64,000 nucleotides of DNA from an uncultured Actinomycetota bacterium (GCA_963751035.1 CAVVSW010000005.1:772784-836783); one strand, 5' to 3'; positions 19,754-29,919 are shown, counted from the stretch's first letter. Notes: generated by a model from the letters alone, not told the origin. A program made the numbers and translations.

Positions 19754-22225
19754 GTGCGGACGGCTGGGGCTAGCCTCGGCCGCGTGGATCCTCCGTATCC
19801 CGCGCACTGGGAGGCCGATGTCGTCCTGCGCGACGGCGGGACGGCACATCTGCGCCCGATCCGGCCGGACGACGCCGAGCGGTTGACCAGGTTCCATCAC
19901 CGCCTGTCCGACGAGACGATCTACTTCCGCTTCTTCTCCCTCTACCGCGAGCTCTCCGACCGTGACCTCAAGCGCTTCACCGAGGTCGACTACGTCGACC
20001 GGGTGGCCCTGGTTGCGACCGTCGGCGACGAGGTCATCGGCGTGGTCCGGTACGACCGGGTAGGCCCCGAGGAGGCAGAGGTCGCCTTCAATATCGAGGA
20101 CGCCCATCAGGGTCGAGGACTCGGCTCCGTGTTCCTCGAGCACATCGCTGCGGCCGCCCGGGAGCGCGGCATCCGGCGATTCGTCGCCGACGTCCTCCCG
20201 AGCAACCGCAAGATGCTGACCGTGTTCCAGGAGGCCGGCTACGTCGTGCGGCATGAGCAGGCCGACGGCGTCGTACGCCTGGAGTTCGACCTCGCACCGA
20301 CGGCGACCTCCACGGCCGTCACCCAGGCACGGGAGCAACGCGCCGAGGCCCGTTCGGTCGAACGCCTGCTGCGCCCACGCTCGGTGGCCGTCGTCGGTGT
20401 GAGCCGCTCACCGCACTCCGTCGGGCACACCGTGATGAACCACATCCGCGCCAGCGGTTACACCGGCACGACGTACGCCGTGACTCCGCACACGGACGAG
20501 GTCGACGGTGTCCCCGCCTTTGCCACCGTCGCCGACATTCCCGACGAGGTCGACCTCGCGATCGTTGCCGTCCCGGCCGAGCAGGTCGACGCGGTCGTTG
20601 CCGACTGCGGGGCCAAGGGCGTGCGCGGCCTCGTGGTGATGTCGTCCGGCTTCGCGGAGACCGGCGAGGAGGGACGCGCGCGCCAACAGCGTCTCGTCCA
20701 AAGCGCTCATGCCAACGGGATGCGGGTCATCGGTCCCAGCTCGTTCGGCTTGCTCAACACCGAGCCGGACGTCTCGATGAATGCCTCGCTCTCGCCACTG
20801 ATGCCCGAGCGCGGCCGTCTCGGCTTCTTCTCGCAGTCGGGGGCCCTCGGCATCGCCCTGCTGGACAACATCGTCCGGCGTGGCATCGGCATCTCCAGCT
20901 TCGTCTCTGCCGGCAACCGGGTCGACGTGAGCGGCAACGACCTGCTGCAGTTCTGGGAGGACGACCCCGGCACCGATGCCGTGATGCTCTACCTCGAGTC
21001 GATCGGCAACCCCCGCAAGTTCAGCCGGATCGCGCGACGACTGGCACGCAGCAAGCCGGTGGTCGTCGTGAAGTCGGGGCGGACCCGCCGCGGAGCGCCG
21101 CACGGACACGTCGTACGGGAGACGCGAGCACCCGCAGCCGCCATCGATGCCCTCTTCGAGCAGGCCGGGGTCATCAGCGTCGAGACCATCCATCACCTCT
21201 TCGACGTCGGCCAGCTCGTCGTGCACCAACCGCTGCCCGCGGGCCGCCGGGTGGCCATCGTCGGCAACTCCGACGCCCTCGGTGTCCTGGCCGCGGACGC
21301 GTGCGAGGCCGCCGGGCTCGAGCTCGCCGGCGAGCCACGTCAGCTCGGCGCGGATGCGAGCGCCGACGACTTTCGGGTGGCGCTGTCCGAGGTCTTTGCC
21401 GACCCCAGCATCGACTCCGTGGTCGCGTTGTTCATCCCCCCGCTCGTGACCCGCGACGAGGACGTCGCGCAGGTGGTCGCCGACGGTGCGCGTATGTCGG
21501 CGAAGACCGTCGTCTCGTCCTTCCTCGGGATGCGCGGCGTTCCCGCCACCCTGCGCGCCCCCGAGGGCCGCGGCTCGGTCCCGTCGTACGCCACGCCCGA
21601 GGACGCTGTCGGCGCTCTCGCCGCAGTCACCCGGTACGCCGAGTGGCGGGCCACGCCGCCCGGGTCGCCGGTGGAGCTCGACGGCGTCGACGCGGCCGCC
21701 GCCAGCCAGCTCGTGACGACCAAGTTGGCCGACAAGGACGAGGCGCCGCTGAGCCAACGAAGCCTGGCCGAGCTGCTGGGTCACTACGGCATCCCGCTGC
21801 GACCGGGCGACCCCACGGCGGATCAGGCTGCCGGTGCCGTGGCCTGCGTCGTCTGCACCGTCGAGGACCCGTTGTTCGGCCCGGTCGTCTCCTTCGGGCT
21901 CGGTGGGGTCGCGACCGACCTGTTCGGCGACACCAGCTATCGCATCCCGCCGCTGACCGACACCGACGTGCACGAGCTGATCCGCTCGGTCCGGGCCGCA
22001 CCGCTCCTGATGGGTCACCGCGGGGCGCCGTCCGTCGACCTGGCTGCGCTGGAGGACCTGGTCGCCCGGGTGGCTCAACTTGCCGACGACCTGCCTGAGC
22101 TCGCCGAGCTCAACCTCGACCCTGTGCTGGCCACGCCGGCGGGCGTCGTGGTGCGGGCCGCGAGCGGGCGGCTGGCCCGGCCCGCCGTCCGCGCCGACCG
22201 TGGACCGCGGAGCCTGCCCGGATGA
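19754..22225 (+). CDS. bifunctional GNAT acetyltransferase / ADP-forming acyl-CoA synthetase family protein (Pat-like)
   Basis: The N-terminal GNAT domain has FNIEDAHQGRGLGSVFLEHI. It is followed by CoA-binding (VAVVGVSRSPHSVGH), a succinyl-CoA-synthetase-like flavodoxin domain and an ATP-grasp domain. The start could be GTG 19784. Confidence 0.85.
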   Translation: MRTAGASLGRVDPPYPAHWEADVVLRDGGTAHLRPIRPDDAERLTRFHHRLSDETIYFRFFSLYRELSDRDLKRFTEVDYVDRVALVATVGDEVIGVVRYDRVGPEEAEVAFNIEDAHQGRGLGSVFLEHIAAAARERGIRRFVADVLPSNRKMLTVFQEAGYVVRHEQADGVVRLEFDLAPTATSTAVTQAREQRAEARSVERLLRPRSVAVVGVSRSPHSVGHTVMNHIRASGYTGTTYAVTPHTDEVDGVPAFATVADIPDEVDLAIVAVPAEQVDAVVADCGAKGVRGLVVMSSGFAETGEEGRARQQRLVQSAHANGMRVIGPSSFGLLNTEPDVSMNASLSPLMPERGRLGFFSQSGALGIALLDNIVRRGIGISSFVSAGNRVDVSGNDLLQFWEDDPGTDAVMLYLESIGNPRKFSRIARRLARSKPVVVVKSGRTRRGAPHGHVVRETRAPAAAIDALFEQAGVISVETIHHLFDVGQLVVHQPLPAGRRVAIVGNSDALGVLAADACEAAGLELAGEPRQLGADASADDFRVALSEVFADPSIDSVVALFIPPLVTRDEDVAQVVADGARMSAKTVVSSFLGMRGVPATLRAPEGRGSVPSYATPEDAVGALAAVTRYAEWRATPPGSPVELDGVDAAAASQLVTTKLADKDEAPLSQRSLAELLGHYGIPLRPGDPTADQAAGAVACVVCTVEDPLFGPVVSFGLGGVATDLFGDTSYRIPPLTDTDVHELIRSVRAAPLLMGHRGAPSVDLAALEDLVARVAQLADDLPELAELNLDPVLATPAGVVVRAASGRLARPAVRADRGPRSLPG

Positions 22226-22242
22226 GGTGGAAGGATGACGCC

Positions 22243-22813
22243 ATGGCGGACACCACCCTGGCCGGGCTGCGGGCGGCGATCGAGCACGCGGGCTACTACC
22301 CGGCGCTGGTGGCCGACACGATCGACGCCGCGGTCGCGGGCGAGCAGGTGCAGGCGTTCGTCGTGCACCAGGAGACGACGTTCGACTCCGACGAGGTGCG
22401 CCGCCACATCACGGTCCTGGTGCTCACCCCGACGCGGCTGGTGCTCGGCCACGCCGACGACCGGCCGGCCGACCAGCTGACCCCCGCCCCCTTCGTGACC
22501 GCCTCCACCGAGGCGGTGCCGCTGGCGACTGTCCGCTCCGTCGTGGTCAACCGGGTCATCACCGACCCGGTGCGCTACTCCGGCGGGCGTCCGCAGGAGG
22601 TGACCGTGACTATCGGCTGGGGCGCGGTGAGCCGCCTCGACCTCGAGCCGGCGACCTGCGGCGACCCCGACTGCGAGGCCGACCACGGCTACACCGGGCA
22701 CTGCCTCCGCCGACGACATCGCGCTGCGGGTGAGTGAAGCGGCCGAAGGCGCCGACGCGGTCGACAGCATGCTCGACTTCGCCGCGGCGCTCTCCCGGGC
22801 CACGGCACATTGA
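22243..22813 (+). pseudogene. DUF5998-family protein, one +1 frame break
   Basis: ATG 22243 follows GGAAGGA and starts MADTTLAGLRAAIEHAGYYPALVADTIDAAV. After ACC GG[G] near 22696-22698 the homologous reading (TASADDIALRVSEAAEGADAVDSMLDFAAALSRATAH*) continues in the next frame to TGA 22811-13. Confidence 0.6.
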
Positions 22814-22865
22814 CCACGCAGACCCGATCCCCGTCCCGGCGTTCGGGGGCGGTTCGCTCGCCGAC

Positions 22866-23951
22866 GTGCTGCCTGGGGTGCTGGCTGCCCTCGGCGTGCC
22901 TGGTGAGGCCGCTGCCCTCGACATCCCTGTCGCGCCGCGCATGTGTGTCGTGCTCATCGACGGCCTCGGCTGGAACGCCCTCCGCGCCCGCCCCGAGGAC
23001 GCGCCGTACCTCACCTCGCTGCTGGGCAACGAGGGCAGCCGCGCCATCACGTCGGTGTTCCCCACCACGACGCCGATTGCCCTGACCTCCCTCGGGACAG
23101 GGCTCAGCCCGGGGGAGCACGGCATCGTCGGCCTGCTTCTTCGACTGCAGGAGGACGGCCGGGTGGTCGACACCCTGGCCAATCCCGCCCAGGTGGACAT
23201 GCGCGCCCTGCAACCGCGGCCGACCGCGTTCGAGCGAGCCGCCGCGGCGGGCGTCGAGGTCACCCGCATCGGGCCGCGGCACTTCGACGGCGCCGGGTTG
23301 TCCGAGGCCGGGCTACGCGGTGGGCAGTACGCCGGGGCGGAGTCGGTGGGCGAGCTCGTGGCCGCGACATTCGACGCCGTACGCCGTGGCGAGCGGGCGC
23401 TCGCGTACGTCTACCTCGGAACCCTGGACGCCACCGGTCACCGCCGGGGCTGCACCAGCGCTGCCTGGGCTCACGAGCTGACCCACCTCGACCTGGTCGT
23501 CGAGCAGATCGCGAACGCCGTGCCGGCCGGCTCCGCGCTGGTCGTCACCTCCGACCACGGAATGGTCGACGTGCCTTTCGAGAACAGGTGGGACGTCGCC
23601 GACACGCCCTCGTTGGCAGACGGCGTGGAGGTGGTTGCCGGCGACCTTCGCGGCGTGCACGTCCACACCCGGCCGGGCGCCTCGGCTGACGTGCTCGCGG
23701 CCTGGCGGGCGACGCTGGGCGCTGACTTCTGGGTGCTCCCGAGGGACGAGGCCATCGAGATCGGTCTCTACGGCCCCGTGCTCGAGCATGCCTATCCCCG
23801 GATCGGGGACGTGGTCGCGCTGGCCAACGACGCCCACGCCGTCGTCGACAGCCGAGTGATGTCGCCGGGTCTGCTCGCTCTCGTCGGTCTGCACGGCTCC
23901 GTCACCGACGACGAGCTGCTCGTGCCGCTGCTCACGTCGCTGACCGCATAG
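22866..23951 (+). CDS. alkaline-phosphatase-superfamily protein (nucleotide pyrophosphatase/phosphodiesterase-like)
   Basis: VVLIDGLGWNAL, SVFPTTTPIALTSLGTG, LDATGHRRG and VVTSDHGM are present. The conserved PAFGGGSLADVLP lies upstream of the first in-frame GTG (22866) with no usable start codon. The true start may be TTG 22810 in another frame, which would imply another indel. Confidence 0.72.
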   Translation: MLPGVLAALGVPGEAAALDIPVAPRMCVVLIDGLGWNALRARPEDAPYLTSLLGNEGSRAITSVFPTTTPIALTSLGTGLSPGEHGIVGLLLRLQEDGRVVDTLANPAQVDMRALQPRPTAFERAAAAGVEVTRIGPRHFDGAGLSEAGLRGGQYAGAESVGELVAATFDAVRRGERALAYVYLGTLDATGHRRGCTSAAWAHELTHLDLVVEQIANAVPAGSALVVTSDHGMVDVPFENRWDVADTPSLADGVEVVAGDLRGVHVHTRPGASADVLAAWRATLGADFWVLPRDEAIEIGLYGPVLEHAYPRIGDVVALANDAHAVVDSRVMSPGLLALVGLHGSVTDDELLVPLLTSLTA

Positions 23952-24022
23952 CGGCACGGCCCTGAGCTGACCGTCTCGGCGGTCGCCCAAGGCCGTGCCG
24001 TCCCCTCCCCTGCGGCGGGTCT

Positions 24023-25543
24023 CTACTCGGCGTACTCCGGGCACGGAGGCGCCGAGGCGTCGTACTGGTTGCTCGTGTCACCGGTGACGGCACGCAGCGC
24101 ATCGATGCGACCGTTGCCGAAGCACTCGTCGTATCCGCTGAGTCCGATGTCGATGGCGCTGCCCTGCATGAGCGCCTCGACCTTCTGCGATGACAGCTTC
24201 ACGTCACCGTCGGCCCCGATCCGGCCGTACTGGCTGACGATCAGCGCTGCGAGTCCGGCCGCGTGCGGTGAGGCCATCGACGTCCCCTGGATGCAGGCGT
24301 AGCCACCAGGGATCGTCGACGGGACTGTCTTCGTGCAGTCGCCGGTCGTCCCGTTGCCACCCGGTGCGGTGATGTCGGTGGCACCCGTGCCGTAGTTGGA
24401 GTAGCCGGCCTTCTCACTCGTGCTGCCCACCGATGCGGTGCCGATGACGCCCTGTGTCTCAGCCGGCACCACCTCGCACTCGTTGCTGATCGGCTGCCCG
24501 TCCTCGTCGACCGGGTGCGCGAGGTCCTGGTCGGAGTTGCCGAGGGCGGCGACTGGCGTGACGCCCTGGTTGCGGGCGTACTGGATCGCTCGCTCCACGG
24601 CCTGCCGGAAGGCGCGCTGGGTCGCGTCGGACGAGCACTTGAACTCATGCGACTCCTGGAACGCGTTGTCGTCGACGAAGAAGCTCATGTTGATGACGTC
24701 GAGCTGCTGGTCGCCGGAGTAGGTGATGCCGTCGACGACCGCGCTGGCGTAGCAGAAGCCGGTGGCGTCGCAGACCTTCACCGGGACGAGCGTGACGTTC
24801 GGTGCCACGCCGACGAGGCCGATGCCGTTGGCCCGCATGCCGACCGTTCCGGCCACGTGCGTCCCGTGGAACTGGTTGTCCACACAGGGATCCGGGGTCC
24901 CCACTGCAACTCCGGGGGGCAGCGCGGTCAGCGAGTCGTGGCCGCGGGCGCAGTCGACGTTGGACACCCCGCCCTTCTTGAACTCAACGTGGTTGCCGTC
25001 GATACCGCTGTCGAGGATGCCCACGTCCACCGCGGGGATGCCGCCCTGGACGTCGTGCGCCTGGTCGGTCCGCATCTGCCGCATGTCCCACTGCAAGGAT
25101 TCGAGCGGGTCGTCGCCCGGCTCAGGCGCGTTGTCGGAGGCCGTTTGCATGGGGGTCGCTTGCGAGGCGTCCGGCAGCCCCTTCCAGCGCCAGTCCGCCC
25201 CGACCTCCTCGACGAGGGGGGAGGTGGAAAGGATGCGCGCGAAGGCCGGGTTGGCCGACTCGACCACGAGTACGCCGATCTGGCTGCGGAGGTCGGTGGC
25301 GACCCGGCCCGCTGCGGCCTGGATGACCGAGTCCACGGCGGCCACGGACCCGGTTGCGGCGAACTCGCTCTCGCTCTGGCTGCCGGCCAGCACGACCAGG
25401 TAACGCTGGCCCAGGTTGCTCGCGTCCGCCCCTGGGGTTCCTGCGACGGTGCCTGCTGCTCCGCCGGCGCTCGCTGGCAGGAAGACGAGGCCCCCGGCCA
25501 GGGCGGTGGCCACGGTGGCTCGGATGACGCGCGACAGGCGCAT
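24023..25543 (-). CDS. secreted subtilisin-like serine protease (peptidase S8)
   Basis: There is a signal peptide (ATVATALAGGLVFLPASAGG) and an inhibitor-I9-like propeptide. The catalytic triad is Asp (GILDSGID), His (HGTHVAGTV) and Ser (GTSMASPHAAG). Confidence 0.9.
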   Translation of the reverse strand: MRLSRVIRATVATALAGGLVFLPASAGGAAGTVAGTPGADASNLGQRYLVVLAGSQSESEFAATGSVAAVDSVIQAAAGRVATDLRSQIGVLVVESANPAFARILSTSPLVEEVGADWRWKGLPDASQATPMQTASDNAPEPGDDPLESLQWDMRQMRTDQAHDVQGGIPAVDVGILDSGIDGNHVEFKKGGVSNVDCARGHDSLTALPPGVAVGTPDPCVDNQFHGTHVAGTVGMRANGIGLVGVAPNVTLVPVKVCDATGFCYASAVVDGITYSGDQQLDVINMSFFVDDNAFQESHEFKCSSDATQRAFRQAVERAIQYARNQGVTPVAALGNSDQDLAHPVDEDGQPISNECEVVPAETQGVIGTASVGSTSEKAGYSNYGTGATDITAPGGNGTTGDCTKTVPSTIPGGYACIQGTSMASPHAAGLAALIVSQYGRIGADGDVKLSSQKVEALMQGSAIDIGLSGYDECFGNGRIDALRAVTGDTSNQYDASAPPCPEYAE

Positions 25544-25709
25544 GCTGCCTCCATCTGCAGAGCGACGCTCGGGCGTCGACGTGGCCTGTCAACGACGAGG
25601 GGCGCCTTAGGTCACGCGTGGCGGAGTCGGACGGGGGAGCGGTTAGGCAAGGGATGTGGGAGCGCTTACATCACCGGGCACCCCGCCGCCGGATTTGTCA
25701 TGCGCGCGC

Positions 25710-25721
25710 GGGGGGGGGGGG
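25710..25721. repeat. G12 homopolymer preceded by (GC)4
   Basis: Read directly: TGCGCGCGCGGGGGGGGGGGGT. It is intergenic, about 167 nt from the protease start and 150 nt from the RTX-gene start. Confidence 0.9.
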
Positions 25722-25871
25722 TGACCCTGGATCCGTCACGGGGCGTAGGCGTGTCTGCGCATCGGGTAGTCCGGCGGTAACAGTCCCCCGGATGACTTCG
25801 ACGGAAGCGGTTGTCGGCGGCGTCGGACGCTTCTACGGTGCGGGTACCGCCGACGCCCGAAGGGGGCCCCC

Positions 25872-26579
25872 ATGACGAAGTCGCGCATGCTGCGCCTGTC
25901 CGCCGTCTTGGCCATCGTGGCCGCAACAGTGATGCCTCTGCCCGGCGTTGCGAACGCACAAGTCGAGCTTCCCGCCGACTGCCAGGTGCCTCCCGACATC
26001 GACCTCACCGGGGTCAACATCGTGATCGGTACGAACGAGTCGGAGGTGCTGCAGGGCACCGACGGCCCCGACTTCATCTGCGGACTCCTCGGCGACGACG
26101 TCATCAACGCCCGGGCTGGCAACGACCTGATTCTGTCCGACACCACCACGTTCTTCGGCAACTTCGGGGCACTGGGCGGCGACGACGTGGTCAATGCCGG
26201 CACCGGCGACGACGAGATCCTTCCCGGGCCGGGCGACGACACCGTCAACGGAGGCGACGGCGACGACTTTCTCGCGCTAGCGCTGGGCGATGACATCGGC
26301 AACGGTGGACCCGGCTCCGACTCGATCATCGGCGGGTTGGGTCGCGATATGGCGACCGGCGGGGCGGGCGACGACTTCATCGCAGGTGGTCCCGGCGACG
26401 ACATGCTCAACGGCGGTGCAGGTGACGACTTCCTGGCCGGCGAGCTTCCGCCGCCTCCGCCCGGCACCGAGCCCCCGCCGATTCCGGGCGGTCCCGCGCT
26501 CAACGACCGGTGCGCCGGAGCTGGCGGCTTCGACGTCGCGGTCGACTGCGACCTGACCTCGGGTGTGGAAGAGGGCTGA
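25872..26579 (+). CDS. secreted RTX-type calcium-binding repeat protein
   Basis: ATG follows GAAGGGGG. The signal peptide is LSAVLAIVAATVMPLPGVANA. There are at least 8 GxGxD-type repeats (GTGDDEILPGPGDDTVNGGDGDD...GGAGDDFIAGGPGDDMLNGGAGDDFLAG), then a Pro-rich tail. Confidence 0.78.
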   Translation: MTKSRMLRLSAVLAIVAATVMPLPGVANAQVELPADCQVPPDIDLTGVNIVIGTNESEVLQGTDGPDFICGLLGDDVINARAGNDLILSDTTTFFGNFGALGGDDVVNAGTGDDEILPGPGDDTVNGGDGDDFLALALGDDIGNGGPGSDSIIGGLGRDMATGGAGDDFIAGGPGDDMLNGGAGDDFLAGELPPPPPGTEPPPIPGGPALNDRCAGAGGFDVAVDCDLTSGVEEG

Positions 26580-26591
26580 GGAGGGCGCGCC

Positions 26592-27420
26592 TCAGTCGCG
26601 GCGGCGGGTGCCGAACATGATGTCGTCCCAGGACGGTACGGCGGGGTGCCGGCCGGCCCGGGCCACCTGGCGCGCCGGCTGAGGCTCGCGCGGTCGCTCA
26701 GGCGAGGCCTCGGGGCGGGTCCGTCGGGTGGTGGTCTCGATGTCGAACACCTCGTCCGGCGAGCTCTCGATGGGCGGCAGGTCGCCGTCGACCTGGGGCA
26801 CCATCGCGAGGCGGCGGATGCGCGCGGGCGGGCTCTCGTCGCGCTCGACCTGGTCCTCGTCCACCAGCCAGCGGGCCTCGTCGTTGTCGGGGACGAGCAC
26901 GCGCCCGCGCGGGTCGAAGACCCACAGCGCGACCCGCTCGCGGGCACCCGCGAGGTAGGAGAGGTGGACCGTCCACCGTGTCCTCGTCGGTGCGCCAGGC
27001 GTCCCAGGTGACCGAGTCGTCGGCGACGTGCAGGTCGTTCAGGCGGGCGGCGACCTGGTCGCCGAGGGTGGGCGCGCTGCCGCCGCTCTGCCGCCGCGAC
27101 GGTGCGGCCTTGGCCTGCTGGGCGACGTGCTCCCGCTCGGCGAGGACCGGTCCGGCGTAGCGATCGACGCGCGCGAGCGGCATGCCGCTGGCAGCGGCGA
27201 CGTCCTGCGCGCTCTGGCCGGACCGCACGCGGGCCTGGATGTCACGGGGGGAGAGCGGGCTGTCCAAGGCGATCTCCAGCTGGCCTGGCCGGGAATGGTC
27301 GTGGCGCATCGCTGCGGTGAGCCGCTCGTCGATGGGCACGCGGAACTGCTCGTTGTCGTCGTCCTCGAGGACGAGATGGGTGCGTTCCGGCGTGACAGCG
27401 ACGAGTCTCAGGTCGTGCAT
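26592..27420 (-). pseudogene. sepH: septation protein SepH (DUF3071), one frame break
   Basis: ATG 27420 follows GGGAGG and starts [39 protein letters not shown]. After ...WRTDEDT, the reading [41 protein letters not shown] continues in another frame. The extra base is near 26976. Confidence 0.75.
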
Positions 27421-27518
27421 TCCGGTGCCTCCCGGTCGTGGATCGGACCGACTGGCGCCGAGGTTACGGCGGAAAGTCGACAGGTCGCTGTAGGCGCGCC
27501 CGGAAGATCGCCACGAAA

Positions 27519-28737
27519 TCAGGCGTCTTGCCGAGCCGCCTCGGCCACGTGCCCGGAGCCTGCCATGCAGCCAGCGGTAGCCGATCGCGCAGGTCAGGAC
27601 CGCGCAGATCCCGGAGACCAGACCGACGAGGAATCCTTGCGATGCCCCCCACTCGTCGACGACCCGGCCGGCGACCGGAGAGGCGACCGCCATGCCGACC
27701 ACGACACCGGTCGTGGCCCAGGTGATGCCCTCGGTCATCTTCGCCGACGGCACCATCCGCTCGACGAGGGAGATGCCGCTGATCAAGGTCGGTGCGATGC
27801 CGATTCCGGCGAGGAGGAGGGCCGGCGCCAGCACCGCAGGGCGGTCGACAATCGGCAGGAGGGCGACGGTCGCGCTCATGACCAGCGCACCCAACAGCAG
27901 CCGCCGGGTGAGCGGTACGCGCCAGTGGATCGCGCCGTAGGCCAGCCCGGCCAGCATGCTGCCGGTGGCGTAGCAGGCCAGCAGGGGACCGGCCAGCTCG
28001 GGTCGGCCCTCGTGGTCGGCGAACGCCACGGCGCTGATCTCCACGCCCCCGAAGACCCCGCCGATGAAGAACATGACGACCACGAGCAGCGGCATGCCCG
28101 GGAACCACAGCGCCGAGCCCCCGCCGTGCTCGTGCGCCGGAGCCGGCGGCGGTTCGCTGGCCCGATGCGCCGCCAGCGCCGCCGAGCCCACCGCGAGCAG
28201 GGCCAGCGCGGTGAGGAGCCCGGCCTGCGGGTTGATCTGCGTGGCCAGCACCGCGACGAGCAGCGGGCCGACGATGAAGATCAGCTCGTCGATCACGGAC
28301 TCGTAGGAGAAGGCGGTCTGGAGCAGACGGGCCGGGTCCGAGGACGTGGTTCCAGCGGGCGCGCACCAAGGACCCGATCGAGGGCGCGAACAGGCCAGCC
28401 GCGCTGCGCCGACGAACCACGTCCAGGTCGGCGCGTCGGCCGTCACGGCGACGATGAAGCCGACGAGGCACACGGCGTGCAGCGCGACGGCCGGACCGAG
28501 CACCGCCCGCTGCCCGACCCGGTCGATGAGGCGCGCGATGAGCGGTGCCGACACGGCGTTGACCAACGCGAAGGTCGCCGAGACCGCACCCGCCACGCCG
28601 TAGCGGCCGGTGCTCCCGGCGACGAGCAGGACGATCCCGAGCGGCACCATCGCGATCGGCATCCGGGCGACGAACGCCGCAACCGAGAACCGGAGTCCCC
28701 CCGGAGTCGAGAGCAGATTGCGGTAGGGCCGGAGCAC
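27519..28737 (-). pseudogene. MFS transporter, about 3 frame breaks
   Basis: 12-TM-type sequence. The segment [25 protein letters not shown] is readable only in a second frame between ~28405 and ~28328. The C-terminus resolves to ...[14 protein letters not shown] if one G/C is removed near 27552-54. As written, the ORF runs on into sepH. Confidence 0.68.
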
Positions 28738-28797
28738 GGCCGCACGCTACGGCAGGGGTCCGACGGCACGCGAACGGAATGCCGGAGGATGCATCCC

Positions 28798-29888
28798 ATG
28801 AGCGCCGACACCTCGCCGTACGACGCCCTGCTGCTCGTCTCCTTCGGCGGGCCCGAGGGTCCCGACGACGTGCTGCCGTTCCTCGAGAACGTCACCCGCG
28901 GCCGCAACATCCCGCGCGATCGCCTGCTCGCTGTCGGCGAGCACTACCTCGGCTTCGGCGGCGTGAGCCCCATCAACGCGCAGAACCGCGCGCTGGTCGC
29001 GGCGCTGGAGTCGGACTTCGCGGCGAGCGGTCTCGACCTGCCGGTCTACTGGGGCAACCGCAACTGGGCGCCCTACCTGCCCGACGCGATGGCTGAGATG
29101 GCCGATGCCGGTGTGCGCCGAGCGGTCGTCCTGCTGACGTCGGCCTACTCGTCGTACTCCGGTTGCCGGCAGTACCGCGAGAACCTCGCCGCGGCCGTCG
29201 ACGTCGTGGGCGAGCGGGCGCCGCAGCTGGACCGGATCCGCCACTACTTCAACCATCCCGGGTTCGTCGAGGCGATGGTCGCGAACACCCTGGCCGCGCT
29301 CGGCCACTCTCCCCGCCGGTGCGCTGGCACGGTGCGCACCTGGTGTTCGTGACCCACTCGATCCCGATGTCGATGAACGCAACCAGCGGACCGGCGGGCG
29401 GCGCGTACGAGGAGCAGCACCGCGACGTGGCCCGGCTGGTTGCAGCCGGTGTCGCCGCGGCGACCGGTGAGGACCACGAGGCTGCCCTGGTCTACTGCAG
29501 CCGCAGCGGCCCGCCGGACCAGCCGTGGCTGGAGCCCGACGTCAACGACCATCTCGCAGCCCTTTCCGCGGCCGGCGCCCCATCGGCCGTGTTGGTGCCG
29601 ATCGGCTTCGTGTCCGACCACATGGAGGTCCGCTACGACCTCGACACCGAGGCGCTCGCTACCGCCGAGCGGCTCGGCCTTCCCTGCGTGCGCGCAGCGA
29701 CCGTCGGCACGCATCCGCTGTTCGTCTCCGGCCTGCGCGAGCTGGTGCTCGAGCGCGCCGCCGCGGCGCGCGGCGAGCAGCCGGTACGACGTGTGCTGGG
29801 CGCGCTCGGGCCGAGCCACGACGTGTGCCCGGCCGGCTGCTGCCCCAACGCGCGCGGTCCGCGACCCGCGTGCTGCGGCGCCGACTGA
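28798..29888 (+). pseudogene. hemH: ferrochelatase (coproporphyrin ferrochelatase type with C-terminal Cys cluster), frame broken near 29305-29335
   Basis: The N-terminal part reads [36 protein letters not shown]...[12 protein letters not shown] in one frame. [11 protein letters not shown]...[17 protein letters not shown]...[17 protein letters not shown] follows in another frame. Confidence 0.82.
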
Positions 29889-29919
29889 GCCGCCACCTGT
29901 TGGGTCGCCGGATCGCTGG

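Noticed and set aside
22734-22865. GTG 22734 as the start of the alkaline-phosphatase-family gene.
   Set aside because: It would overlap the repaired DUF5998 C-terminus by about 80 nt in another frame, and the extra residues are Arg/Pro/Ser-rich non-conserved sequence.
25618-25875. 85-aa ORF spanning the G12 tract.
   Set aside because: It has no RBS or recognisable motif, and its translation is low complexity. It lies in the divergent promoter region.
26698-28737. 679-aa ORF that looks like an MFS-SepH fusion protein.
   Set aside because: The junction has an RBS and ATG (GGGAGG...ATG 27420) for sepH. The MFS reading regains a natural C-terminus and stop (TGA at 27519-21) if one G/C is removed near 27553. 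The fusion is therefore an artefact of a frame error.
27028-28797. The 5' 1.77 kb of ORF 27028-29352 (774 aa).
   Set aside because: It is antisense to the MFS gene and sepH. Only the part from ATG 28798 onward matches ferrochelatase.
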